NCBI RefSeq assembly: GCF_004010195.1
Contig: NC_057750.1
Location: 8,873,336-8,893,335 of the forward strand
Direction: 5' to 3'
Length of the DNA: 20,000 nucleotides
Source: Chiloscyllium plagiosum
Taxonomy: Eukaryota
Part shown: positions 1 to 11,900 of the stretch, piece after piece
Position numbering within the stretch: the stretch's first letter is position 1
Layout of the letters: each line of letters opens with the position of its first letter
Notes under the pieces: model-generated
Told to the model about the DNA's origin: nothing
Databases searched by the model: none
Seen by the model: only the letters and a program-made list of their open reading frames with translations
Translations under genes and position numbers: made by a program

Positions 1-111
1 ACTCAAATGTGGAGGCAAATTCAGCTGGAAAAGGTTCTAGGGAAATCACGTTAGATGGAGGCTGGTTGGACCCTATTCAGGGGAGAACTGTTTTGATGGT
101 GGATCACACTG

Positions 112-165
112 ACAGATGCTGCCAGATTGTCTTGAGTATTCCCAACAGATTATTTTTATTTTACA
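112..165 (+). repeat. Short remnant of the ACAGATGCTGCCAGA foldback-element family
   Basis: ACAGATGCTGCCAGATTGTCTTGAGTATTCCCAACA...TTTTTATTT resembles the right arms at about 14.93 kb and 16.95 kb. Confidence 0.45.
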
Positions 166-204
166 TCCATAACCCTCTGGTTTTGGATAACTTCACAATA
201 TTTA

Positions 205-535
205 AAATGTAATTTTAACGCAGTGAACAATTTCAAGGTGCATCATTAGCGCTGTAACAACTTCAATTTGAGGAGAGATTTTGGGACACCTGACAGAGTG
301 GTTTTGTTAAAAGATAGTTTTCTGACACTCCTTATGTGACATTTTGTTTTATAATATCTGTGAAGAGCCTTGGTATGTTTCATTGCATTAGAAGGACTAT
401 ATTTAAGTTGTTTTAAGGAGTGTCTTAAAGGAGTGAACAGAAAAGATGCTTAGTACGGGATTCCAGAATTGAGACGCAGACAGTTAAGGCATGGTCACCA
501 GTGGTACAACAAAGCTCAGGAGTGTGCAAGCAGAC
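205..535 (-). mobile_element. Old L2-type LINE 3' fragment (decayed, interrupted)
   Basis: TTTTAAGGAGTGTCTTAAAGGAG...GATTCCAGA...ACAGTTAAGGCATGGTCACCAGTGGT resembles the reverse complement of vertebrate L2 3' ends, from memory. Confidence 0.45.
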
Positions 536-814
536 AGGCACCAACCTAAGTCTACCCTACTGAACTGCTTCATTATTTCAAAAACCTTTATTAGGCTACT
601 TCTCAGACCTTCTTTTCCAAAGAGACACACGCCTTTTTCTGGTAGTTCAATAATGAACTACTCTGACCAGAATAACATAATACCAATTGAATAGGAAGAG
701 TCTGTGCATACATATTTATGAATTCAAAGCAGTAGTAGACCATTCTGCATTGGGTTATCAAGACCAGGATCGCAGGGAGGATGGGAAAACTGACCATGGG
801 TACAGAGAGTCATT

Positions 815-935
815 TAAGCATGTGGGAGATAGGCATGTAAAAGTGGTAGGGGATTGTATAATTAGTGGGACAGATACTGTTCTCTCAGGTGAGTCTGAAA
901 GGCTGCCCAATGCCAGGGTTCACAAAATCACAGGA
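815..935 (+). mobile_element. CR1-type LINE ORF1 esterase-like (SGNH/GDSL) remnant
   Basis: Track ORF 687..1061 contains DRHVKVVGDCIISGTDTVLSG...LPNARVHKIT, a decayed version of the CR1 ORF1 motif (V/I)VGDSIVRGTD...LPGARVxDV. Confidence 0.6.
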
Positions 936-1009
936 TTGTTAATCAGTCGAGCATTTCTGCACCAGCTCTTCAAATTAGAATTACCTATTGCCAATCTCCT
1001 GTCTTCTCC

Positions 1010-1270
1010 CCAATCTAACCAAAAACTTCTACCAAAACTCCTCTCAGCCTTCTCTTCATGAAGAACAGTCCCAGCTTCTTCAATCTATCCTCGTAACTGA
1101 AGTTTCTCATTTCAGGAATCAGTCATGTAAATCACTTCTGCACTCTCTTCAATGCATTTGCATCTTTCCCAATAATATGGTACCCACAACTGTACATAAT
1201 ACTCCAACTGAAGTCTAACAAGTGCCTTAAAACAGGTGGCCATCACCTCTTTGCTCTTGTACACTAGGCT
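1010..1270 (-). mobile_element. CR1 LINE ORF2 C-terminal fragment
   Basis: Minus-strand translation VYKSKEVMATCFKALVRLQLEYYVQLWVPYY matches the CR1 motif LYKALVRPxLEYCVQFWxP. Confidence 0.8.
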
Positions 1271-1339
1271 GAAATAGATTGGCACAAAAGTGTTCATCAG
1301 AAAAGATGGGTGATGAATAATGGCAGGTGCTTAAAATAG

Positions 1340-2720
1340 TTCATAGGTAATGACAAAGATATACCCCAATGAGAGGAGGATTCTAGGTAGGGGATCAACC
1401 AATCATAGTTAACAAACAAAACTAAGGATAGCATCAAACTGTTAAAAAGAAAACATACAATATGGTAAATATTAGTCCAAGGATTGGGAAGTTTTAAAAG
1501 CTAATAAATTATCAAAATGATAATAGTCAGAAAACAAAACTTGAGGGCAAACTAGCAAGTAATATAAAACTAAACAGCAACAACTTCTCTAAAGATACAA
1601 CATGGATGAGGGGTGCAAGTGAACACAGCATCCTTATGGAATGAGGCTGGGGAAATAATGAACAACCAAGAAATGAGACAGGAGTTGAATGAATACTTGA
1701 CATCAGTCTTCAAGGTAGAAGACCCAAACAGCATTCAAAAAAGACTAAATAATCAAGGAACAAAGTTAAAACAATGACCATTACTAGATAAAAGGTACTA
1801 GAGGAAGTGTGGCGAAAGGCCACTAGGTCACACGTGAGTTGCACTCCATATTAAAGGAATGTCAAGGATAGTTGCTGCACTGCTAATAATCTTCCAAGAA
1901 TTCTTATATTCTGGGAAAGTCTCAGGGCAGTGGAAAACTGCCAACATAACACCTTTATTCAAAAAAAAACTATAGGACAGTCTAATTTGGGAAAATGCTA
2001 GATTACAAGAGATGGAATATCAGAGTTTTTAGAAATGCATAATAAACGTCAGCATAGCTTCAAGAAGGCACATTCCTGATGAAGGGCTTACGCCCGAAAT
2101 GTTGATTCTCCCGCTCCTCGGATTCTGCCTGACCTGCTGTGCTTTTCCAGTGCCACACTTATCGACATGCTTCAAGAAGGGAAAAATGTACCTGAAAAGG
2201 TGATTATAGTTCTTTGAAGAGTTAACAAGATAGATAAAGGGGAACAAATACATGTAATATATTTGGATTTCCCGAAAGGACGGCTGCTTAATAAGACCCC
2301 GTACGTTAGGGGTAGTAAATAAACAAGGATAGAGAATTGGCTCACTAATAGAAGACAGAGTTGGAATGGGGAAGCATGGTCAGGAGTCAATCTGTAACTA
2401 GTAGGGGTGCCACAAGGATCAGTACTGGGCCACTATTATTTAATTCATTTTGGCAGGAAGAGCAGAGGAGTTGAATACTATTTAAATGGAAAAAAACTGT
2501 AGACAAGTGCAGCACTAAGGGATCTGGAGTCCTAATTAATCTATTGAATACTTTATCAGAAGGGTCTGTAGAGGCTACATTGTTAAGTATATACAAGACT
2601 GAATTTAAAAGATTTTTAATCAAGGTTTAAGGGGAAGGAAGAGAAAAGTAAAGGTGAAGATTAGTCACAATCTTACTGAATGGCAGAACAGACTTAATGG
2701 CCTACATCTTACGGTCATGT
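1340..2720 (+). mobile_element. Decayed, internally deleted CR1 LINE ORF2 with 3' tail
   Basis: Frameshifted reverse transcriptase motifs: WKTANITPLFKK (about 1930), QHSFKKGK (split by an insertion at 2069-2168), IYLDFPK (about 2260) and SRGATRISTG, i.e. decayed GVPQGSVLGP (about 2400). Ends in a GAATGGCAGAACAGAC...ATGGCCTAC CR1-like tail. Confidence 0.8.
2069..2168 (+). mobile_element. 100-bp insertion carrying a hammerhead-ribozyme-like core (Penelope-like-element-associated type), with 12-bp target-site duplication
   Basis: CTGATGA (2076-2082), A, GGGC-TTAC-GCCC stem-loop, GAAA (2096-2099). Flanked by GCTTCAAGAAGG at 2057-2068 and 2169-2180. Confidence 0.75.
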
Positions 2721-2734
2721 TGCTCAAACTTAGT

Positions 2735-3090
2735 TCTGCCATTCAATAAGATTGTGACTAATCTGTTTGCATTTTAAATTCCACATTCTTGCCTACCCCC
2801 AATAACTTTTGACTCCTCTAAGAATGTATTTATCGCTGCCTTAAAAAGATTTATGACCACATCTCCTCCACCTTCTGAGGCAGAGAGTTCCAAAGTCTCT
2901 CAATCCTCTGTCTGTGGGGGCACCCTGACAGTAAAAAAAAGTCCCTTATTTATGAGGGTCACCCAAAAAAGTAAACATCATTCCCATGTCCACCTAGACA
3001 AGACTGTTCAGGATGGTATATACACTTCAATCAAATCACTTCTCAATCTTCTGAACTCTAGTGCAAACAAGCTCAGCCTGTCCAATCTTT
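2735..3090 (-). mobile_element. CR1 LINE 3' end fragment
   Basis: CTGCCATTCAATAAGAT...CCTTCTGAGGCAGAGAGTTCCAAAG is the reverse complement of a CR1 terminus (LWNSLP motif and tail). Confidence 0.65.
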
Positions 3091-3508
3091 CATAGAATCA
3101 GAATCCCTACAGAGTGGAAACAGGCCGTTCGGCCTAAGAAGTCTATATCAATTCTGCGAAGAGCATCCCAGCCAGACTCACCTGCCTACCTTACCACTGT
3201 AACCCTACATTTCCGTTCCATTGCTTGGCCCAATACATGTGTTACATTATGATTCACACATGTATTGGGACATAATTTTACACCACAGCATCCCAGCCAG
3301 ACTCACCTGCCTACCTTACCACTGTAACCCTACATTTCCGATGGCTAATCCACCCAACCTACATATCCCTGAACATTACAGGCAACTCAGCATGGCCAAT
3401 CCACCTAACCTGCCCATGGGGAGAATGTGCAAACTCGACACTGTCGCCAGTGGCTGGAATTGAATCTGGGTCCTGGCACAGTGAGGCAGTGCTAACCACT
3501 GAGCCACT
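3091..3508 (-). mobile_element. HE1-type V-SINE, rearranged (internal duplication and insertion, V-domain partly deleted)
   Basis: Reverse complement aligns to the SINE at 8348-8663: AGTGGCTCAGTGGTTAGCACTGCCTCAC head, GATTCAATTCC B-box-like motif, TTGGCCATGCT core and GAACGGCCTGTTTCCAC tail. Confidence 0.85.
3162..3340. repeat. Perfect 54-bp direct repeat (3162-3215, 3287-3340) around a 71-bp spacer containing a 14-bp perfect inverted repeat
   Basis: AGCATCCCAGCCAGACTCACCTGCCTACCTTACCACTGTAACCCTACATTTCCG occurs twice. CCCAATACATGTGT (3229-3242) pairs with ACACATGTATTGGG (3256-3269). Confidence 0.95.
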
Positions 3509-3832
3509 TTTCCTCAAGATAACCCACTCATCCCTAATATTAAGGTATTCCAGTTTCACTCCATGTTCTATGCTGCAACCATTCTCAGTCAAAGACAATC
3601 TGATTTTGCAGCCAGCGCTTACTTCACCACAACACCAGAATTCCCACTCTGTATCACTATTTATTGACACTCGCTAACATGTTGATGTCATGTCATCCAC
3701 TAGCAAACACTCCAATGATGCTCACTCCTATTGAATGACCAATTGAGCAAGGCCACTACCCAAATGCATAACAATGGAAGCAATAGAAATACAGAAATGG
3801 GAAAATATCTGATCATGTTTACCTGGAGATCA

Positions 3833-4078
<246 letters not shown>

Positions 4079-5294
4079 TCAGAGCCGAACTGGGTCAATG
4101 CAGAGTTATCTTAGCAGCAGCAACAGCAATAAGGGCATCATAATTGGCCTCAGTTAGTGAGGATAATGACCCAGCGGTTGTGATCATATAAACCTGCACA
4201 GAGCAGGCTAACTGCAAAACAGTCATTTCAGCAAACCAAAGAATTATTGCATTGATAGGACCCATAAACCAGTAAATAGGTACTGCCTTTAGATGTTAGA
4301 ATAAATAGCAGGTACGTGAGTATAAGTGATTCCAATCTCTGGTTAGGTGGGGAGGGAATGAATGGGGGAGATTTATGCAGAACTGTCTAATCATGGCTCA
4401 CAGTGGCCTCTAGCACTAGGTATGAACTTAGTTATTTACTCCGTTCTGAACTGGACATGGCTCCATGCAGTGTGCCTGTTGTCTCACACTTTTTCACTGC
4501 CAAATATTAAACAATATTGAGGATGACAACTCTGAAGGCTGGTACTACTCCCTAAGGGAAATAAATTTATCTTATTTCAGCAACCCAGTGCATCTCTGGA
4601 ACATTGTGACAAATCAGCTGCCCTGTCAGTCACAAAGCCCATCAACTACATTCACAGAAGCAAGTGCAGTGTGTGTAGGAAAACGGTTTATACTGGTCAA
4701 GAAACAGAACCAGGATAATCCTAGAGGTGAAGTTAACTAGATCTCACTATTTCCTCAAATTCTCAAAACACCAACACGGACGCTGAACTCCTTAAAGGGC
4801 CTATTCTGAATGTGAGTACCTTTCAATGGAATTTTTCATTAAGAGCAGGTGTCTTTGTCTATCAGAAGCATTGCAGCCAAACTCAACCTCTCTCTCATCA
4901 GAAACCCATATGTGCAGAGTTTCCAAAAAGGGCGATCTGATCTGATTTTCCATCATGCACCAATGGTATGATCAGATTGCCAACTTCATGTGATCTGGTT
5001 AGGGACCAATAATTTTTATTTTTAAGGCAAACGAAAGGTGAGATCCAGTGAACTGAGAGAGTAAAACCACAAGATTCCACTGTTCTGAATGAACAATCAT
5101 GTTTTACTATACAATGCTAAACCAATATTAGTAACACAATTTACAATACACGTACAGCTTATTCCTAACATCCAGAATTAACATGTGGCAAAAATGGCTA
5201 GGAGGGATCAAACACTACATAACACTCAAATAGCAAAGGATAGATCCAAACAATTTTAAAAGCAACTCCTGACATATGTTAATTTAGGGAGACC

Positions 5295-6060
5295 TTGTAG
5301 TATTGTCACTGGTCTAATAATCCAAAGAGCCAGGTGATATCTTTGGGATTGGGTTCAAATCCTACCACAGCAAATGGTGGAATTTGGATTCAACAAAAAT
5401 CTAGAATTAAAAGTCTAATGTTTACCATGAAACTGTTATTAGAAACCCATCTTGTTCACTAATGTCCTGCAGGGAAGGAAATCTGCTGTCCTTACCTGGT
5501 CTGACCTACATGTGACTCCAGATACACAGCAATGTGGTTGACTTCTAACTGCCCTTTTAAATGGCCTAACAAGCCATCCAGTTGTGTATCAACCACTAAA
5601 AAGGAAAAAAGGGATGAAATCGAACAGGCTACCTGGCACTGATGAAAGTATCTTAACAATAGCAAAAACAGCCATGTCGACCCTGTAAAGTCCTCCTTAA
5701 TAAAATCTGGGATCCAGTGCCAAAATTGGGATAGCTGTCTCACACTAGTCAAGCAACAGCATGACATTCATACTCAAGGAATCATACCTTTCACAGAATG
5801 TCCACACAACAGTATCACCATCCCTGTTCATGTCTTCTCAAATGGAAGGACAAACCCAGCAGAAATGGTGACACAGTGGTATAATGTTGGAAAGGATTTG
5901 TCCTAGGAATCCTAAACATTAACCATAGATTCCATGAAATCTCAAGGTCAAATATGGACAAAGCCCCCTGCTGATAACCTTGTACTATCTTCTCCCCTCA
6001 TCTGACAAATCAGTACTCCTCCCTGTTGAACAGCACTTGGACAAAGCACTGAAAGCGGTG
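5295..6060 (+). mobile_element. 5' part of a LINE: tRNA/SINE-like head followed by decayed APE endonuclease sequence
   Basis: B-box-like GGTTCAAATCC at 5352-5362. Collinear with 8996-9730 (e.g. CTGGTCTG.CC.ACATG..ACTCCAGA, CCAGTGCCAAAATT, GGAATCATAC). Translates in patches to IWDPVPKLG.LSHTLVKQQ and GGDTVVY-like endonuclease motifs. Confidence 0.75.
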
Positions 6061-6109
6061 GTTGTGGATGATGCTGAACATTGCACAATTCTTCAGTGAA
6101 TTTCCATAC

Positions 6110-6460
6110 CTCTAACCTAATGAGGAGGATAGTAATTGATGAAGCAGCTGAAGATTGTCCCACAGCCAACTCACTCTCTAGGTTGGGAGGTGTGGGTTCA
6201 GGTCCTACTCAGGTTCTGGAGGTATGTAATGTCATCTCTGAATGGGCTGATTAGAAAATATACATCCTGAAGAATTCCTGCGCAGATAGCCTGAAGCCAA
6301 GGTGATTGACGACCAACAACTACAACCATCTTCCTCTATGAATCCAGCCAATGGAGAGTTTTCTCCAATTCCTACTGACTCTAGTATTGAGAGGGCTCCT
6401 TGATACACAGCCAAATGGAGACTTCAGGTCAAGAGCAGTCACTCTCACCACACTCGCGTT
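6110..6460 (-). mobile_element. LINE reverse transcriptase fragments (decayed)
   Basis: Minus strand gives VRVTALDL...AVYQGAL and SSAASSITILL. These resemble the RT motifs ALDIxxAFDxVWHxGxL and frameshifted IFSCFIND. Matches the VRVTA segment at about 9935-9950. Confidence 0.55.
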
Positions 6461-6524
6461 TCTTCACCCTGTTGTGGATACCACTTCCAAACAAAATCAG
6501 CATCGGGCAGAAAGAATGGAAACA

Positions 6525-6660
6525 GACTAGGAGCAGAAATTAGACCACAGCCCATTGAATGACCGAGTAGACTCAATCATGCTTGATAAGTTTCTCAATC
6601 ACATTCTCCCACTTTTTCTCCATAAACCTTGATCCCCTTGACTGTGAAGAACCTATCAAG
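6525..6660 (-). mobile_element. CR1 LINE 3' tail fragment
   Basis: AGGAGCAGAAATTAGACCA...CAGCCCATTGA...TTCTCCATAAACCTTGATCCCCTT is a typical reverse-complement shark CR1 tail, from memory. Confidence 0.6.
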
Positions 6661-6799
6661 AGTTTGTGCTTCTATCAAGAATCAAGAACAAAAAGAAGTA
6701 GGCTGCGTTTTTACATTCAGCTGCTCTACCTAACTTACAAGTGATATAATTCTTTACCATGGTGCAAACAGACAAAAACAAAGAGAACTGATCTACTCA

Positions 6800-7756
<957 letters not shown>

Positions 7757-7837
7757 ATTTGTTTTCAATAAACTGATGGAGGAGACATGACTTCCCTGTT
7801 CCCGCACTGCCGATTACCAGAAACTTGAATAGGAAAT
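7757..7837 (-). CDS. RAB4B: Ras-related protein Rab-4B, internal coding exon (exon 2 equivalent, 81 bp; P-loop)
   Basis: Minus strand reads ttcag|AT TTC CTA TTC AAG TTT CTG GTA ATC GGC AGT GCG GGA ACA GGG AAG TCA ... GAA AAC AAA T|gtaagt = (D)[26 protein letters not shown](F). Contains the GxxxxGKS P-loop. GSAG and IENK match RAB4B rather than RAB4A (GNAG, IEKK). Canonical splice sites. Confidence 0.96.
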
Positions 7838-8347
7838 CTGAAGAGGGAAAACAAACAAAAAACATGTTAAAACTTAGATTAAAATTGGCAAGCGGTCTGG
7901 ACGCTAAAGTATGTACCTATAAGTGATATAGCATACATAAAGTTACGCTATTGAATATTGAGACTGCCAAATAACAGACCCTGTCAAATCCAACAGCAGC
8001 ACATAACACTTACCATAAAGTGTCAGTGCTACATTTTTTGGGCATTTGCAAACATTTGTTCAAGGCAAAGACAAACAAATCTATGCACGTACTTTGAAGC
8101 TGAGAAAAAAAACGTGTTGTCATGCGTCCTGCCCCATGCCTCCCAAAATAACCACTAATCACTCCTATTTAGCCAAGTCACACAGTCACTCCTGAGGTCA
8201 GTGCTAGCGCCTGCTGTCTACCCCCACCCTTATTTGATTACAATATTATCACATTTATTTGTTGAATGGTTGTCCCTCGCTTTTGATGCCAGCTTTGGAT
8301 CACACCTGCCTGGCGTGCCAGACCGGTGACCTGCTGCCTCCTCCGTG

Positions 8348-8663
8348 GGTGACACAGTGGTTAGCACTGCTGCCTCACAGCGCCAGAGACCCGAGTTCAT
8401 TTCCCGCCTCAGGTGACTGACTGTGTGGAGTTTGTACATTCTCCCTGTGTCTGCGTGGTTTCCTCCGGGTGCTCCGGTTTCCTCCCACAGTCCAAAAATG
8501 TGCAGGTTAGGTGAATTGGCCATGCTAAATTGCCTGTAGTGTTAGGTGCAGGGGTAAACGTAGGGGAATGGGTCTGGGTGGGTTGCGCTTCGGCGGGTCA
8601 GTGTGGACTTGTTGGGCCGAAGGGCCTGTTTTCACACTACAAGTAATCTAATCTAAAAAAAAA
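8348..8663 (+). mobile_element. Near full-length HE1-type V-SINE (tRNA head, V-domain, CR1/HER1-like tail)
   Basis: Head GGTGACACAGTGGTTAGCACTGCTGCCTCACAGCGCCAGAGACCCGAGTTCATTTCCC. V-domain TGTGTGGAGTTTG.ACATTCTCCC.GTGTCTGCGTGG.TTTCCTCCGGGTGCTCCGGTTTCCTCCCACAGTCCAAA. Tail GGGCCGAAGGGCCTGTTTTCACAC, then TAATCTAATCT and an A-run. Confidence 0.92.
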
Positions 8664-8995
8664 GCCCCACAGTGGTTATTTACATTGCTTCATGCTCCTC
8701 CCTGGAGGATAGTGTCAAGCAATGGAAGGATTTACAGGCGAACAGCCTGCCTGGCTGTGATGGGAAAGGTTTCTTTGTGGCAGTTACACCTTTGTACCAG
8801 CAAATCGTTTAGGTCTTTACAATAAGAGAGTTCTGCATCAAACAACATAACTGGAGGTCACTGGGTAGCCAAGCAAAATCCACAGCCATGCCAATTTCTT
8901 CACCCACTGGCATCAGCTGCAGCGAGGAGGGAAACCAGAGTGCTCTCAATCAGGAAGTGTATATATAACTAAGGAGTCGAAGGGGTGGACGATGA

Positions 8996-11170
8996 CCTAG
9001 TGAGATTGTCACTGGATTAGTAATCTAGAGATCGAGGTAAAGGTCCATGTCACATGGTAGAATTTGAAATTAATAAAAAACCTGGAAAGTAAAAATTGCA
9101 AGTCTTATGATGCCTGAGACACTATCAAAACCCATAAAAACCCATCTGGTTCACTAGAACCCTTTAAGGAAAAAAACAGCCATCCTCATCTGGTCTGGCC
9201 CATACATGACTCCAGACCCACAGCAACGTGGTATACTGTTAACTGCTCTCCGACATGACCTAACAAGCCATTTATTTGTATAAACCACAAGATAGTCTCA
9301 AAACAAAGGAATGAAACTAGATGGACCATCTGAGTCACCAGAAGCAACTATGGAGATTACAGCCCTGTTTATCTTGCAAAGTCCGGCTCACTAAAGTCTG
9401 GGAGCCAGTGCCAAAATTAGAACAGCTGTTTCACAGACTAGTTGAGCAATCATACTCATGGAATCATACTTTACTGACAATTCCTCAGACACACTATCAC
9501 CATCTCTGGGTACATCCTGTCCCTGGTAGGACAGATCAAGCAGAGGTTGAGGTACAGTAGTAGACAGTCAAAAAGAGGTTGCCCTGGGAGTCATCAACAT
9601 GGGTTCCAGGCCGCAGGAGGTCTCATGGCATCAAGTCAAACATGGGCAAGGAAACCTCCGGCTAGTTGCTTTGTTCCGCCCTGCCTTGACTGACGAATTA
9701 GCCTCCATGTTGAACATGACTTGAAGAAAACACCGAGGACGACAAGCATGCAGAAAAGAATCTGGCTGGGAGACTTCAATGTCCAGAGTGGTTAGCAGTA
9801 TCACCACTGACTAAGCTGATCGAGTCCTAAAGGATATTGCTGCTCATCGGGTCTGTGGCAGGCAGTGAGGGAAAACACTTCACCTCATGCTCACCAATGT
9901 GCCTTTCAGTTTCATCTGTCTGTGACTATATTGATGAGAGTGACTGCTGCACAGTCCTTGTGGAGACGAAGATGTGCTTTCACATTGATAATACCATTCA
10001 CGTTCTGTGACACTATCACTGTGCTAAATGGAATAGGCTTCAAACAGATCGAACAACTCGAGACTGCGCATCCATGAGAGCTGTAGGCCAGTGACAACAG
10101 AATTGTACTCCAAGCCAATGCAACATCCTAGATTGGTATATCACCTAAATCTACCACTTTCACCAAGATGGAGGTGTCAACCCTAGTTAGTGAAGAGTGC
10201 AAAAGGGTACTCCAGGAGCAGCACCAAGCAAAGATAAGATAGCAACACGCGAAGCTACAATTAGAATTACATCCATCTAACAACATAAGCAGCAAGTGAC
10301 AGATAGAGCTAAGCGACTTCACAAACAACAGATCAGATCTAAACTCTGCAGCCATGCCACGTCCAGTCATGAATAGTAGTACGCAATTAAACCACTCTCT
10401 GGTGGAGACGGCTGCACAAGTACATTCATATAAACAATGAGTTCAGCACATTAATGCAAAAGGATGAAGCAGTTGCAACAGTCTTTAACAAAAAGCACCT
10501 GGTGCATAATCAAATCAGCCTCCTCCAGACATACCCAGTATCACACATGTAAATCTTCAGGCAATTTGACTCACTCCATGTGACATCAAGAAATGGATGA
10601 AAGCACTAGATACTGCACAGGCTATGGGCCCTGACAACATTCTAGCAATTGTACTGAAGACTTATACTTCTGAACATCCCACACAACTTGTCAAACTGCT
10701 CCACCACAGTTACAACATTGACATTTACCTGAATGTGGAGATTAGGTCAGGTATGATCTCTACAGAAAGTGCAGGATAAATCCAAAACAGATCATTCAAT
10801 TATCTGTGGATGTGGTGACATTCACTCATTCAACCACTGCCACTCAATAGTAACTACATGTTCCATTTACAAAATGTACTGCAGTAATCCACAACCATCG
10901 AGAATGGACAAGGCAGCAAATTCACCTGCAAGTTCTCTTCGAAGTCACTCATATTCCTTACTTGGAAATGCATTGTTATTCCTTCACTGTCACTGGGTGA
11001 AAGTCATAGAACTCCTTCCTTATAGGCATTGCAGGTATACCCTACGCCAAATGGATTTCAGCAGTGCAAGGAGATAGCTCACCATCACCTTCTCAAAAGA
11101 TAAACGAGGTCCAGCAACAAATGCTGGCCCAGTCAGAAACACCCACATCATGTGAATGATCAAAAGAAAA
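8996..11170 (+). mobile_element. Decayed LINE (CR1/L2 superfamily) retaining both ends, heavily internally deleted
   Basis: SINE-like head shared with the 5295 copy. Endonuclease motifs TIPGY-like (about 9500) and WLGDFNV (GGAGACTTCAAT 9769-9780). Pre-RT motif KALDTAQAMGPDNI (10597). C-terminal KVIELLP (decayed WNSLP). Tail CAACAAATGCTGGCCCAGTCAGAAACACCCACATCATGTGAATGA. Confidence 0.8.
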
Positions 11171-11314
11171 GGTCCAACTGCTGTGGTAACCAGGGGATTT
11201 GTCTCTATATAATAATCCAATTAATCAGATTTCCCCCAGACGTTTCTCAGTCTTCCTGTAATATCGGGAGTGTAGTCCTGGAGGCTTTGTGGCACCTCTA
11301 GGTCAGAAACTCCA

Positions 11315-11900
11315 TACTTGCTTTCATTGGTCAAAGCACCAAGTATAGGAGTTGGGATGTCACACTGCAGCTTCACAGGATGTTGGTGAGGCCACTTTTA
11401 TGTAGAGTGCTGGTCGAAGGGAATTAAATTGGAAGGGTACAGAAAAGATTTACCAAGATGTTACCGGGACTGGAGGGCTTGAGTTATATGGAGAGTGTAT
11501 AGGATGGGACATCTTTCTCTGGAGTGTAGGAAGTTTCAGAGTTGCCTTAGAGGTTTACAAAATTATGAGTATAGACAAGATGAATAGCAAAGGTTTCTTT
11601 ACAGGGTAGGGGAGTCCAAAACTGGAAGGCACAGGTTCAAAGTGAGAGGTGAAAGATTTGGAAGGGACCTTAGGGGCAACTTTTTCATATTGGCTGCTTC
11701 ATTTCTGGTATGAACTGCCAGAGGACATGGCAGATGCAGATACAGTTACAACATTTAAAAGACATTTGGATAGGTACACAAATTGGAAAAGTTCAGAGGG
11801 ATATGGGTCAAACATATGGGACTAGTTTAGATTGGAAAACCAAGTCGGCATTGACGAGTTGGACCAAAAGGTCTATCTCCGTGCTATATGACTATATAAA
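11315..11900 (+). mobile_element. 5'-truncated CR1 LINE (HER1-like) 3' end
   Basis: Motifs LVRPLL, LEGYRKDLPRC (frameshifted LERVQKRFTRML) and WYELPE. Tail TTGGACCAAAAGGTCTATCTCCGTGCTATATGACTATAT is homologous to the HE1 SINE tail at about 8610-8640. Confidence 0.85.

Noticed and set aside
687..1061. 124-aa ORF as a host gene
   Set aside because: A chimera of a decayed CR1 ORF1 esterase patch and antisense CR1 sequence. The catalytic GDS is GDC.
3162..3340. CRISPR-like repeat-spacer-repeat
   Set aside because: Only two 54-bp copies, derived from SINE sequence, in a vertebrate intron with no cas genes.
3221..3463. ORF with a repeated MANPPNL peptide, and the related ORF 8230..8523
   Set aside because: Antisense translation of the HE1 SINE body, a common source of false gene predictions.
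4341..4370. G-quadruplex candidate
   Set aside because: Only three runs of three or more G, and no other support.
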